Positions 25,471-35,035 of a stretch of DNA of 64,000 nucleotides are shown piece by piece. Numbering within the stretch: position 1 is the stretch's first letter; each line of letters opens with the position of its first letter. A program made the translations under genes and the position numbers. The stretch lies in assembly GCA_019695115.1 (NCBI GenBank), contig JAIBAP010000013.1:36179-100178 (forward strand). Direction: 5' to 3'. The notes beneath the pieces were generated by a model, which was not told where the DNA came from, made no database searches, and worked only from the letters and a program-made list of their open reading frames with translations. Origin of the DNA: Caldilineales bacterium (lineage in GTDB: Bacteria > Chloroflexota > Anaerolineae > J102).

Positions 25471-25612
25471 CCTGATAGGGCGGGGAAAGGGGTGTGGGGA
25501 TAGAAATGAACAGCAAATGAGCAGGGTTTGGTCTGGAAAGTAGATGGCGGGCGGCATAGACTGGAACCATCCATCGTTCCGCCCCTCCTATCTTTCTTTC
25601 CGGAGCCTTGTC

Positions 25613-26236
25613 ATGACAACTCAGTACGAACGTTTCGCCGGTCTTGCCGCCATCCTGGCCGGGCTGGTCGGCCTGCTCTATTCGGTCTCATTCGTCGTGC
25701 TACAGAACAACCTGCTCAGCGCCGTCTTTCTGCTGGCGGGCGGACTGCTCTCGCTCGTCGCTTTGGTCGCCCTCTTCAACCGGCTGGCCGAAGCCGACGC
25801 CGGCTTTGCCCTGCTGGGCCTGATGCTGGCCGGGGTTAGCGCGCTGGGCGCGGCCATCCACGGCGCCTACGATCTGGCCAACGCCATCCATCCGCCCGTC
25901 GAGGCCGCCGGGGCGGCCGGGCTGCCCAATGCCATCGACCCACGCGGCTTCCTCACCTTCGGACTCGCCGGGCTGGCCGTCCTGGTCGCCGCCGTCTTGA
26001 TGGGACGCGGCGGGCGCTTCCCGAACCTCCTGCGCCTCCTCACTTTCGTCCTCGGCCTGCTGCTGCTCATCATCTACCTGGGCCGGCTGATCGTCCTCGA
26101 CCCCACCAGCCCGCTCATCCTGGCGCCGGCTGCGCTGACCGGTTTCATCCTCAACCCGGTCTGGTACATCTGGCTGGGGCTGGAACTGCGCAAGGGCTGG
26201 AGCAAGTCGGCTGTGCGCATGGGCGCCGCCGCCTGA
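25613..26236 (+). CDS. polytopic membrane protein (DUF4386-like, ~6 TM)
   Basis: MTTQYERFAGLAAILAGLVGLLY... with hydrophobic helices throughout. The start is chosen at the ATG where the hydrophobic region begins. Confidence 0.55.
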   Translation: MTTQYERFAGLAAILAGLVGLLYSVSFVVLQNNLLSAVFLLAGGLLSLVALVALFNRLAEADAGFALLGLMLAGVSALGAAIHGAYDLANAIHPPVEAAGAAGLPNAIDPRGFLTFGLAGLAVLVAAVLMGRGGRFPNLLRLLTFVLGLLLLIIYLGRLIVLDPTSPLILAPAALTGFILNPVWYIWLGLELRKGWSKSAVRMGAAA

Positions 26237-26249
26237 GATGGAGGTGCAC

Positions 26250-26828
26250 ATGCCTGCTGCTTTGCGCTTCGACGCCGACAAAGTCGCCTATTTCGAGAAG
26301 GCCGGCTGGGAGGCCTATTACGACCACAACTGGCTGCGAGCCTTCTGGTTGATGGTGCAACTCAACCGCGAGGAGTTCGCCATGCCCTTGCCCCTGGCCC
26401 TGGCCGCAGCCCTGGATGTGGTGCGGGCCTCGATCGCCTTCGCCCCGCTCGACAACGATGTGCCCAAAGCGCAGCACTTTATCGGCCGCTATTATGAGAA
26501 AGCCGCCCGGCGGGTCAAATTCCAGGCCGGGGCCAGGACCGTGGCCGAATTGGAGATGGACTACTGGCTCGTCCACCGCCGCCTGGCGCTGGCGCGGATC
26601 AAGGACCCCGCCGCCGACAACCTCGAACCGTTGGTCGCGTCCATCGCCAACCTGCACACCGCCCTGTTCGCTGCCCCCGCTGCCGCCATTCGCACCTCGG
26701 CTGAAGAAAGGGCGCGTGCAGCCGAGGCCGTTGACCGCATCACTGGCAAACGTTCGACCGACATCGCCGCCGATTGGCGCCTGGTCGAGGAGCATTTGCA
26801 GCGAGCCTATGGCGCCATTCAGATGTAA
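26250..26828 (+). CDS. hypothetical protein
   Basis: GGAGGT lies 4-5 nt upstream of ATG 26250. It abuts the preceding membrane-protein gene. I recognise no motif. Confidence 0.5.
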   Translation: MPAALRFDADKVAYFEKAGWEAYYDHNWLRAFWLMVQLNREEFAMPLPLALAAALDVVRASIAFAPLDNDVPKAQHFIGRYYEKAARRVKFQAGARTVAELEMDYWLVHRRLALARIKDPAADNLEPLVASIANLHTALFAAPAAAIRTSAEERARAAEAVDRITGKRSTDIAADWRLVEEHLQRAYGAIQM

Positions 26829-26862
26829 CACGGAATGTGAGGCGCGGTGGGGGATCTCCTCA

Positions 26863-27157
26863 CACCCCGTTCGCACGTGGGCGTGCTCACCCCGCAATTC
26901 ACGTTTCACGGAACACGCAACACGCAACACCACCCGTTCGCACGTGGGCGTGCTCACTCCGCAATTCAGGTTTCACGCCCCGCACCCCGTTCGCATGTGG
27001 GCGTGCCCACCCCGCAATTCACGTTTCACGCACCACGCAACACGCAACACGCAACACCACCCGTTCGCACGTAGGCGTGCTCACCCCGCAATTCACGTTT
27101 CACGCAACACCACCCGTTCGCACGTGGGCGTACTCACCCCGCAATTCACGTTTCACG
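26863..27157 (+). repeat. five direct copies of a 47-48-bp element (CACCC(C)GTTCGCACGTGGGCGTGCTCACCCCGCAATTCACGTTTCACG) separated by 5-26 nt of CACG heptamers
   Basis: Copies at 26863-26910, 26931-26977, 26983-27030, 27058-27104 and 27111-27157. Each contains GCACG-tggg-CGTGC. The array ends 32 nt before ATG 27189. Confidence 0.9.
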
Positions 27158-27188
27158 CCTCACGTTTCACCCCTCAGGAGACCCCGAC

Positions 27189-27584
27189 ATGGCTGGCGAA
27201 ACCCCCAACCTCTACGAACTTGGCAACACCACCGTCCAAATCACCTACACCCCCGCCGGATTGGCCGGGCTGCCCCGGCTGACCTACAAGGACAAGAAGC
27301 AGAACCTGGTCTTCCAGGGCGCCGAAATCCGCTCCTCGCCCTCGGACCTCGGCGTTCAGATCACGGTCGGCATCGAAACCGTGTTCGATTTCAAGGACGT
27401 CCTCCTCACCGTGCTGATCCCCCGCGTCCGCCTGAGCGAAGGCGCCAGCGAGGAGGCCATCCAGAGCGTCGCTATCGAAACCACCCTGCGCAGCAGCATC
27501 GGCGGCCCCGGCCTGCTCACCGGCCAGATCCAAACCTACCGGGCGCTCAACCTCAAGGGCATGGCCCGATTGGTCGACTTCTGA
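27189..27584 (+). CDS. hypothetical small protein (131 aa, beta-rich composition)
   Basis: AGGAG lies 9 nt upstream of the ATG. I recognise no motif. Confidence 0.5.
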   Translation: MAGETPNLYELGNTTVQITYTPAGLAGLPRLTYKDKKQNLVFQGAEIRSSPSDLGVQITVGIETVFDFKDVLLTVLIPRVRLSEGASEEAIQSVAIETTLRSSIGGPGLLTGQIQTYRALNLKGMARLVDF

Positions 27585-28442
27585 TCAGACGAACAGCGGC
27601 TGCATCCCCCGGCGAGCGGCCAACTTGGCCAGGTCGGGCAGGGGGGCCGAGGCAGAGAAACGCCCGGCAGCCGAGAGGATGCGCGGGAGGAGATCGACGT
27701 CGCCGGCCGTGTTCAGAAACAACTGCGGGCGGTGCAGTGCCCAATGCACGGCCTGGTCGATGTCCGCCTGATCCTCCAGCGGCTGGTACCAGGTAGTGCG
27801 CGTCTGCCGATGGCCATCCCACGGCCCACGCGTGATCGCCTTGATCGCCTGTACGGCCACATTCCGCTCCTGGCAAATGTTCACCAGCATCTCGAAATCG
27901 GCTGCGTACTGCCGGTTCTGCATCATCGGATAGTTGTAGGGAAGCAGCACCGAGTCGAAATCAACCCGTGCCAGGGCGCGCAGGTGCAAGGCGGCTGCCT
28001 GCGCCCCATGCCCGGTGATGCCGATGAAGCGCGTCAGACCCTGCCGCTGCGCCTCCAGCACGGCCTCCAGCGCCCCATCCTGGCCCATCACTGTCTCCCA
28101 GATCTCGGCGCTGCTGACATTGTGCAGTTGCAACAAATCCACTTGCTCGACCCGCAGCAGCGCCAATGAGCGGCGGATGGACTCCCACGCCCGTGCTTTG
28201 CTGCGCTCCTCGACCTTGGTGCCCAGAAAAAAGTCCTGCCGGTGGCGCGCCATCCAGGGGCCGAGGCGCAGCTCCGAATCGCCATACGAAGCGGCCGTAT
28301 CGATATGGTTGACGCCAAATTCGAGCAGGACGGCCAGGGTGCGGTCTGCCACGACTTGATCGACGCTCCAAAGGGCGGCGGCGCCGAAGATGGCGCGGGT
28401 GCTGAGATGGCCGGTGCGGCCGAACATCGCTTGGGGAATCAT
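27585..28442 (-). CDS. aldo/keto reductase
   Basis: [14 protein letters not shown] and the overall AKR layout. ATGA overlap with the upstream aminotransferase gene. Confidence 0.75.
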   Translation of the reverse strand: MIPQAMFGRTGHLSTRAIFGAAALWSVDQVVADRTLAVLLEFGVNHIDTAASYGDSELRLGPWMARHRQDFFLGTKVEERSKARAWESIRRSLALLRVEQVDLLQLHNVSSAEIWETVMGQDGALEAVLEAQRQGLTRFIGITGHGAQAAALHLRALARVDFDSVLLPYNYPMMQNRQYAADFEMLVNICQERNVAVQAIKAITRGPWDGHRQTRTTWYQPLEDQADIDQAVHWALHRPQLFLNTAGDVDLLPRILSAAGRFSASAPLPDLAKLAARRGMQPLFV

Positions 28443-29695
28443 GAGGCGTTTCTCTCGGAACGGGCTGCAAGCCGGCTGAGCCGCTGCGCGGCGGCGTCCA
28501 GCGTCTCATCGGTCTTGCAGAAACAGAAGCGGGCCAGGCCGTGGGCCAGGTGTTTGTGGGCGGAGCTGTAAAAAGCGCCCGGTGGGATGGCCGCCACCCC
28601 GATCTCGGCCGTCAGCCAGCGGCAGAAGGCGTCGTCGGTGGCAAAGCCGAAGCCGGAGACATCGGCGACAATGAAATAGGAGCCTTCGGGCAAGAGGGGC
28701 GAGAGACCGGCGGCATCGAGGATGGCAGCCAGGCGGTCGCGCTTGGCCTGGTACATCGCCGCCAAGCTTTCGTAATAGCCAACCGCCGGAGCCAGACGCA
28801 CGGCCTCGGCCAGAGCGACCTGCAAGGGCGTGGCCACGCAGAATGTCATCCATTGATAGACATTACGCAGGGCCGAGATCAGCGGGCCGGGGCCAATCGT
28901 CCAGCCGACCTTCCAGCCTGTGACCGAGAACGTCTTGCCGGCCGAGCCGATGCTGAGCGTGCGTTCCCACATCCCCGGCAGCGCAGCCATTCGGCGCATG
29001 GCAACACCGTCATAGGTCATGCGCTCGTACACCTCGTCGGCGACGACGATGACATCGTGCTCCTGGCAGAGAGCGGCGATCTGGGCCAGTTCGTCGGCGT
29101 CGAAGACCTTACCGGTAGGGTTGTGGGGGGTGTTCAGGAAAAGTAGTTTGGTGCGTTCGTTGAACTGCGCCCGCAATTCGTCAGGGTCGAAGCGCCAACG
29201 GCCATCGGGCTGAGGATAGAGCGGGACGAAACGCACGACGCCGCCCGCCAGCGATACATCGGCCGGGTAGGAGTCATAGAACGGCTCGAAGAGGATGACC
29301 TCATCGCCCGGATCGACCAGCGCCTGGCAGATGCCGAAGAGGCTGGCCGTGGCCCCGGCCGTGATCTGGATCTCGGCGAGGGGATCGACCTGCCGCCCCA
29401 AATCGACCTCCGCCTGCCCGGCCAGCGCCTCGACCAGGCCCAGATGGCCGCCATAGCGGGTGTATTGGTTGTGCTCGGCGGCAATGGCCCGCTGCGCCGC
29501 CTCCTTGACGAAATCAGGGGCCGGAAAATTGGGGAAACCCTGGCCCAGATTGACGGCGGCGTGCCGGTCGGCTAGGGCGGTGAATTCGGCAAACACCGAA
29601 GCGGCGAAGTCGCGGGCGCGCTTCGCCACAGGAGCGGGGCCGGAAGAAGGGATGGGTGGGTTCAAGGCGACGACGCGGGGGTAGGATGCCGCCAT
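28439..29695 (-). CDS. class I/II pyridoxal-phosphate aminotransferase (YbdL / kynurenine aminotransferase-like)
   Basis: [23 protein letters not shown] and PLP-lysine region [18 protein letters not shown]. The start is set at ATG 29695 (MAASYPRV...). The track ORF extends to 30340 across an opposite-strand gene. Confidence 0.8.
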   Translation of the reverse strand: MAASYPRVVALNPPIPSSGPAPVAKRARDFAASVFAEFTALADRHAAVNLGQGFPNFPAPDFVKEAAQRAIAAEHNQYTRYGGHLGLVEALAGQAEVDLGRQVDPLAEIQITAGATASLFGICQALVDPGDEVILFEPFYDSYPADVSLAGGVVRFVPLYPQPDGRWRFDPDELRAQFNERTKLLFLNTPHNPTGKVFDADELAQIAALCQEHDVIVVADEVYERMTYDGVAMRRMAALPGMWERTLSIGSAGKTFSVTGWKVGWTIGPGPLISALRNVYQWMTFCVATPLQVALAEAVRLAPAVGYYESLAAMYQAKRDRLAAILDAAGLSPLLPEGSYFIVADVSGFGFATDDAFCRWLTAEIGVAAIPPGAFYSSAHKHLAHGLARFCFCKTDETLDAAAQRLSRLAARSERNAS

Positions 29696-29748
29696 TGTAT
29701 CATCTGGCCCGACCCAGACCAAGCCTCGTTCGCAATTCCAGCGCCGCG

Positions 29749-29757
29749 TGCTATAAT
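29749..29757 (+). promoter_or_regulatory. extended -10 promoter element TGCTATAAT (with TTCGCA 17 nt upstream)
   Basis: An exact 9-mer about 53 nt upstream of ATG 29810. The 15 nt GTGCTATAATCCGCC are identical to the nuoA-upstream copy. Confidence 0.6.
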
Positions 29758-29809
29758 CCGCCTTGCACGGTCGTGATCCTCCTCGGCCTGTCTCCATCCC
29801 GATCAAACC

Positions 29810-30259
29810 ATGGACATCGAAGACATCTTTACCACCGTTGCCGCCGAATACCATCTGGACAAACACCAGTTGGCCGAGCAGGGCTGGCGCGAGAGCCGGT
29901 GGGATCCGCTGGCGGTGGGGCAGGCCAGCGACATGGGCATCATGCAGATCGCACCTGCCACCTGGGACGAGTGGGCGCCCAAAGTGGGCGTGTACGACCC
30001 CTTCGACCCCAACAGCAATATCCGTGTGGCGGCGGCCTATCTGGTCTATTTGCGCACCTTCCTGGCCGAACGCTTGCGGCTGCGGGGCGACCACTGGCTC
30101 CTGGCGACGTACAGCTGGGGGCCGGACAATGTTCAACGCCTGGTGCAGGCCGGAAAGGGGTGGGATCAGACGCCCGCCATCCACCAGGAATACGCACTGA
30201 GCATCCTCTTGGGGGCCGAGACACGGGCGCTGGCCGCCGCCGAACAATACATTCACTGA
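29810..30259 (+). CDS. lytic transglycosylase (SLT) domain protein, no obvious signal peptide
   Basis: [10 protein letters not shown]...[12 protein letters not shown]...AAAYLVYL (SLT catalytic Glu-Ser region). Confidence 0.75.
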   Translation: MDIEDIFTTVAAEYHLDKHQLAEQGWRESRWDPLAVGQASDMGIMQIAPATWDEWAPKVGVYDPFDPNSNIRVAAAYLVYLRTFLAERLRLRGDHWLLATYSWGPDNVQRLVQAGKGWDQTPAIHQEYALSILLGAETRALAAAEQYIH

Positions 30260-30275
30260 TTTCCGAGTCACGTTC

Positions 30276-30719
30276 ATGCCATCTTCCCTTTCCAAACGCG
30301 CTCCTTTGTTCGTCGCCCTCCTGGCAGCCTGGGTCGCCATGCTCGGCAGCCTCTACTTCAGCGAGGTGGCGGGTTTCGTCCCCTGCAAGCTGTGCTGGAT
30401 TCAGCGCATCCTCATGTATCCGCTGACCGCCATCCTGCTGGTGGCCGTGCTACGCCGCGATGATGGCGTCCCCGCCTATGTGCTGCCGTTCTCGCTTATC
30501 GGCATGGGTGTTTCCACCTATCACTACCTGCTACAGAAGACCGACATCTTCCCCGAAAGCACGGTCTGTGCTGGCGGCGTGCCGTGCAGCATCGCCTACA
30601 TCAACTGGCTGGGTTTCATCACCATCCCCTTCCTGGCGCTGACGGCTTTCGTCATCATCAGCATCTCGATGGCCTTCTTCCTGGCCAACCGCCCGCTGGC
30701 CGAGGTGGAGGAGGCTTGA
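30276..30719 (+). CDS. disulfide bond formation protein (DsbB/BdbC family)
   Basis: 4-TM protein with [14 protein letters not shown] (CxxC) and a second Cys pair CAGGVPCS. Confidence 0.8.
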   Translation: MPSSLSKRAPLFVALLAAWVAMLGSLYFSEVAGFVPCKLCWIQRILMYPLTAILLVAVLRRDDGVPAYVLPFSLIGMGVSTYHYLLQKTDIFPESTVCAGGVPCSIAYINWLGFITIPFLALTAFVIISISMAFFLANRPLAEVEEA

Positions 30720-30752
30720 GATCCGCTTTGCGCTGTTTGGAGGCAGCCCGCT

Positions 30753-31787
30753 ATGACCGAACCGACTGCGCCTTCGACCGAAACCACCCCTGCCGCCCGG
30801 CCGGCTGAACCTGCCCCGGCGCCCCTCCCGCCCCCCGCCGCGACCCGCACCGGCATGAGCGCCGCCGGCTGCCTGCGCGATGCCATCCTGGTCATCCTGG
30901 GGGCGCTGACCGGCGTCGCCCTGACCCTGGGCCTGCTGTTCTACATCAACGGCGCCCTCGATTTCGGTCGCCACGAGCGAGTGACGGCGCTGGCCAGCAA
31001 CCTGGAGACCCTGGCCGGCCAACAGCAGCAGACGGCCGCACAGGTGGGGCAACAACAAACCGCTTTGGGCCAACTCAGCGAGGCCGCTCAGTCACGGTTC
31101 GGCCAGATGGATGCCATGGCAGGACAGGTGGCAGCCCTGGAAACAGAGGCCGCCGGCTTTGCCCAACAGGTTGACCAAACCGAAACGGAACTGGCCGCCC
31201 TCGACGCCGCCCTGCAAACGGTGGCAGGGGATAACGAAGCCATTCGGGCGCAGACCGACGCCCTCGCCGCCCAGGTCGCCACCCTCAGCGTCGGCGCCGA
31301 ACGATTCCGGGTCTTCGTCGCCGGCCTGCGCGACCTGACCACCGCCCTGGCTGGACAGCCGGCCAGCGCCGAGCCAGTGACAGAGGTCGAGCCGGCGGAG
31401 AGCCAGACCGAGGCCGCCCAACTCCCCGCCACCCCAGCCCTCGTCTTCTTCCCGCCCCTCGAACCCATCCCGCAGCCCGCACCCGGCCAGAGCCTGATCT
31501 ACGGGCTGGCCTGGGCCGACGCCAACGCCGATGGCCAGCCTTCGGCCGATGAGACGGCGCTGGCAAGCTGGCAGGTCAACCTGCGCGACGCCCGCGGCCG
31601 GGAACTGGCCGCTGCCATCACCGACGCGGCCGGGCGTTTCATCTTTGCCGACCTCGTCCCCGGCTCCTACACACTCATTCTCGTCGCCCCAGACGACGCC
31701 GACGCCGGCGCGCAGCCCCCGACCCTCTCCGTCGCCACCGGCCCCGACCTCCTTACCGAAGCCAACCTGGGCCTGCTCAGACCCTGA
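30753..31787 (+). CDS. membrane-anchored protein: Pro/Ala-rich N-terminus, TM, coiled coil, C-terminal SdrD-B/carboxypeptidase-regulatory-like beta domain
   Basis: TM AILVILGALTGVALTLGLLFYI, a Q/A/E-rich heptad region, and C-terminus DANADGQPSADE...GRFIFADLVPGSYTLILV. Confidence 0.55.
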   Translation: MTEPTAPSTETTPAARPAEPAPAPLPPPAATRTGMSAAGCLRDAILVILGALTGVALTLGLLFYINGALDFGRHERVTALASNLETLAGQQQQTAAQVGQQQTALGQLSEAAQSRFGQMDAMAGQVAALETEAAGFAQQVDQTETELAALDAALQTVAGDNEAIRAQTDALAAQVATLSVGAERFRVFVAGLRDLTTALAGQPASAEPVTEVEPAESQTEAAQLPATPALVFFPPLEPIPQPAPGQSLIYGLAWADANADGQPSADETALASWQVNLRDARGRELAAAITDAAGRFIFADLVPGSYTLILVAPDDADAGAQPPTLSVATGPDLLTEANLGLLRP

Positions 31788-31807
31788 CGCTCGCGGTCGC
31801 CCGCACG

Positions 31808-32362
31808 TCAGTCATCGCTGCGGTTGTAGAAATCGAGTTGCACACTGCCATAGCGCCGCCTGTCGATGCGTTGCAGATGTGCCAAGACCGGCTCCGAGAA
31901 CTCCTTCGGGTGAATCTGAACGATGACCTCGCCAGGCGGCGTCAGTAACTCTGGCCGGGCGTCGATCATCAGCAACGCCTTGAGCCACAAGCCCTGATAT
32001 TGCGGCGGCGCCACGAAAATGTAATCATAGGGCGTGGCTACAGGCTGCGCTAGAATCTGAAAAGCATCGCCGCGCACCACCACCGCCAACTCGGACAGGC
32101 GCGTGTTCTGCAGATTGTGGCCGATGGTCTTCAGCGCCGCTGGCGAACGCTCGACGAAAACCGCCGCATCTGCTCCCCGGCTCAGGGCCTCGATCCCCAC
32201 GGACCCCGTGCCCCCGAACAAATCCAGCACCCGCGCCCCCAGGATACGCGTGCCCAGGATGCTGAACAACGCCTCTTTGGCCTTGTCGGTGATCGGGCGC
32301 GTGGCATCGCCCGGCACCGATTCCAGGCGCCTGCCTTTGGCCGAACCTGCGATCACGCGCAT
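31808..32362 (-). CDS. rsmD: 16S rRNA (guanine966-N2)-methyltransferase
   Basis: MRVIAGSAKGRRL..., TRPITDKAKEALFSIL, LDLFGGTGSVGIEALSRGA, FVAPPQY (RsmD pattern). Confidence 0.85.
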   Translation of the reverse strand: MRVIAGSAKGRRLESVPGDATRPITDKAKEALFSILGTRILGARVLDLFGGTGSVGIEALSRGADAAVFVERSPAALKTIGHNLQNTRLSELAVVVRGDAFQILAQPVATPYDYIFVAPPQYQGLWLKALLMIDARPELLTPPGEVIVQIHPKEFSEPVLAHLQRIDRRRYGSVQLDFYNRSDD

Positions 32363-32420
32363 GATGGTTTCCTCAACATGGTCTCGTTAGTCTCCTTGCC
32401 GCTGGTGGGTGATCAGGGAC

Positions 32421-32520
32421 GAGGAGACCTCATCCCAGGGTGAGGAGACCTCATCCCAGGGTGAAGAGATCTCATCCCAGGGTGAGGAGACCTCATCCCA
32501 GGGTGAGGAGACCTCACCCC
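32421..32520 (+). repeat. 21-bp tandem repeat x ~5 (GAGGAGACCTCATCCCAGGGT)
   Basis: Copies start at 32421, 32442, 32463, 32484 and 32505. It lies in the divergent region between rsmD and the S8 peptidase gene, and TATACT follows at 32531-32536. Confidence 0.9.
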
Positions 32521-32556
32521 TACCGCCCATTATACTCGACCCAACCCCACCTTCCC

Positions 32557-34497
32557 ATGCGATCCGCCCCTCTCGTTGCCCTCCTCATCGGCTGCTTGCT
32601 CCTCGCCGCCGGCAGTCGCGCCGCCGGACGCCCTACACCCGGCCCGGTCGCCGCCCCCGACGTTGCCGCCTGGCGTCAGGCGCTGCGGCCACCCCACGCC
32701 GCCGGGGAAATCCTGGTGGGCTTCGATCCGCTGCCTGTCAGAGGCCAGGCCGTAACTCGCCCCACCCTCCTGGCTGCGGCCACACACATCGAAACCATCC
32801 CCGGCCTGAACATCGAGCGCTACCGACTACGCGACGCTGGCGCCGATGAGATGGCGGCGGCGCTTGCCGAACTCAACGCCACGCCCGGCGTCGCCTTCGC
32901 CGAGCCAAACTATCTGCTAACCCCGGACTTCGACCCCAACGACCCCTTCTATGTCAGCTACGCCGGCAACCCCGCCACACCCAACGGCGGCTACCTGACC
33001 CTCATGCACCTGCCAGAGACCTGGGACATCGCCCGCGGCAACCCGGATGTCGTCGTCGCCATCATCGACACCGGCGTCGACCTCGATCACGAAGACCTGA
33101 CCGGCGCGCTCTGGCAGAACCCGGGCGAGATCGCTGCCAACGGCGTGGACGACGACGGCAACGGCTTCGTCGATGACTTCTACGGCTGGGATTTCGCCGC
33201 CGAGACGCCCAACGTCAACGACTGGTATGGCCACGGCAGCCATGTGGCAGGCATCGTCGGCGCCCGTTTCAACAATGGCGTCGGCATCGCCGGCATGGCC
33301 CCCAAAGCGCGGCTGATGGCGGTTGGCGTCTTCGCCCCGCCCGGCTACGGCACCTACGCCGACGAGATCGAAGCCATCACCTATGCCACCGACGAGGGCG
33401 CCAAAGTCATCAACCTGAGCCTGGGCGGCACAGCCTACAGCCGGGGCGAGCAAGTAGCCGTCGAGTACGCCACCCGGCACGGCGTCGTCGTCGTGGCTGC
33501 GGCAGGGAACGACGGGCGCGAGGTCTATCACTGGCCGTCGGCGCACGAGGCCGCCATCGCCGTCGCCTCCACCACTGCCAGCGACACCCGCTCCTCCTTC
33601 TCCAACCTGGGCGATTTCGTGGATGTGGCTGCGCCCGGCTCCTCGATCATCTCGGTGCGGATGAACGGCGGCTATGTGAACATGAGCGGCACCAGCATGG
33701 CTACGCCGCACGTGGCCGGTCTGGCGGCGCTGGTCTTGGGGCGCAACCCCAGCCTGTCGCCGGTCGAAGTCCGGGGCATCATCGAAAACACGGCCGTCGA
33801 TCTGGGCGCGCCCGGTCGCGACAAAGCCTTCGGGCATGGCCGCATCGACGCCTTCGCCGCCATCCAGGCCACCGAACCCTACACCGGCCCGCTCCCGCCC
33901 ACCACCCCCGACTGGCTGCGCGCCCAGATCTGGCCGCCCCTGTGCAACGAAATCATGGCCGAAGGGACGTTCGAGTCAGCGGTACAGACGTCGTGGGTGC
34001 TCACCGGCACAGCGGCCATCACCGACACAGTGGCGATGACCGGCTCGCACTCGCTCTACCTCACGGGCCTGCCGGGGCAGAGCGGCGCCGCCTCCCAGAG
34101 TTTCACCCTGCCCCCCGACCTGCACGCCGCCACCCTCTTCTTTGGCATCCGCATCGAGAACGACGACCGCAACCTGGGCACCGACCCCACCTGGCCGGGC
34201 CGCGACCGGCTGAGCGTCTGGCTGCGGACGGCGGATGGCGACCCGCTGCTGGAGCTGATGCGCGCCGGCAATGCCGATTACAACCTGGCCTCCGGCCTGC
34301 CCTGGGATCGCTATCTGCATGTCCTTGCCGCCGACGAACTGGCTTTGCTGCGCCAGGCGGTGGCCGCAACCGGCGGGCTGGAGCTTTGGTTCCAGGCCGA
34401 GAATGCCGCCGATCCTTTGCCCACCCGTTTCTACATCGACAACGTCCGCCTCTGCGCCAGCCACGCCCCCCTCTACCTGCCGTGGCTTCGCCCCTGA
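32557..34497 (+). CDS. secreted S8 (subtilisin-family) serine peptidase with a ~200-aa C-terminal extension
   Basis: Signal peptide MRSAPLVALLIGCLLLAAGSRA. Catalytic triad contexts VAIIDTGVDLDHEDL, HGSHVAGIVGA and GTSMATPHVAGLAALV. Confidence 0.9.
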   Translation: MRSAPLVALLIGCLLLAAGSRAAGRPTPGPVAAPDVAAWRQALRPPHAAGEILVGFDPLPVRGQAVTRPTLLAAATHIETIPGLNIERYRLRDAGADEMAAALAELNATPGVAFAEPNYLLTPDFDPNDPFYVSYAGNPATPNGGYLTLMHLPETWDIARGNPDVVVAIIDTGVDLDHEDLTGALWQNPGEIAANGVDDDGNGFVDDFYGWDFAAETPNVNDWYGHGSHVAGIVGARFNNGVGIAGMAPKARLMAVGVFAPPGYGTYADEIEAITYATDEGAKVINLSLGGTAYSRGEQVAVEYATRHGVVVVAAAGNDGREVYHWPSAHEAAIAVASTTASDTRSSFSNLGDFVDVAAPGSSIISVRMNGGYVNMSGTSMATPHVAGLAALVLGRNPSLSPVEVRGIIENTAVDLGAPGRDKAFGHGRIDAFAAIQATEPYTGPLPPTTPDWLRAQIWPPLCNEIMAEGTFESAVQTSWVLTGTAAITDTVAMTGSHSLYLTGLPGQSGAASQSFTLPPDLHAATLFFGIRIENDDRNLGTDPTWPGRDRLSVWLRTADGDPLLELMRAGNADYNLASGLPWDRYLHVLAADELALLRQAVAATGGLELWFQAENAADPLPTRFYIDNVRLCASHAPLYLPWLRP

Positions 34498-34543
34498 ACC
34501 GCAAGCGTCAGCGAGCGGCACACGCACCCGTCATCCGCCGCCC

Positions 34544-35026
34544 ATGTCACCGCGCATTGCCAGTTCGATCAGCCTTCTCGTTGCCCTGCTGGCCGGGGCC
34601 GGGCTGGCCGCGCTCGTAAACTACACGAAACCAAGTTCGCCCGGCATCCTGCTGGCGGCGCCGCTGGTGGTCCTGGCCGCTGGCGGGCTGAGTATGCCGC
34701 TCTGGCTGCTGGCGCAACGCCGGCTGACGCCCACGCTCCCGGCCCGGCTGCTCGTCCGCACGGCCGGGCGCGAGGGGTTGTGGAGCGGGTTGTATGCAGC
34801 TCTCCTGGTAGGGCTACGGGTCTTCGGTTCTCTGGACTGGGTGATGGTGGTGGTGCTGGCGGCGCTTTTCATCATGCTGGAGCTGTTCCTGCAACAGCGC
34901 CAGCAGCCTCAGCCTGCCCCCAAGCAGGCTGCCCCGGCCCCCAAACCCTCCCCAGCTGCCTCCTTTGGCCGCACCAAGCCCGCACCCAAGCGCAAACGCC
35001 GACATGGGGACGATGGCATCACGTAG
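34544..35026 (+). CDS. hypothetical membrane protein with Pro/Lys-rich tail
   Basis: 4 predicted TM helices. The start is set at ATG 34544 downstream of the peptidase stop. Confidence 0.5.
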   Translation: MSPRIASSISLLVALLAGAGLAALVNYTKPSSPGILLAAPLVVLAAGGLSMPLWLLAQRRLTPTLPARLLVRTAGREGLWSGLYAALLVGLRVFGSLDWVMVVVLAALFIMLELFLQQRQQPQPAPKQAAPAPKPSPAASFGRTKPAPKRKRRHGDDGIT

Positions 35027-35035
35027 GCGCGGCGG

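Noticed and set aside
26863-27157. Possible CRISPR array (also considered for 11947-12272)
   Set aside because: The 'spacers' are 5-26 nt of low-complexity heptamers at 26.9 kb, or conserved sequence at 12 kb. The periods are irregular or fully repetitive, and no cas genes are present in the window.
29696-30340. Upstream 215 codons of track ORF 28439-30340 (aminotransferase extension)
   Set aside because: This part overlaps the well-supported opposite-strand SLT gene and the TGCTATAAT promoter, and it has no aminotransferase similarity. The recognisable protein begins at MAASYPRV (ATG 29695).
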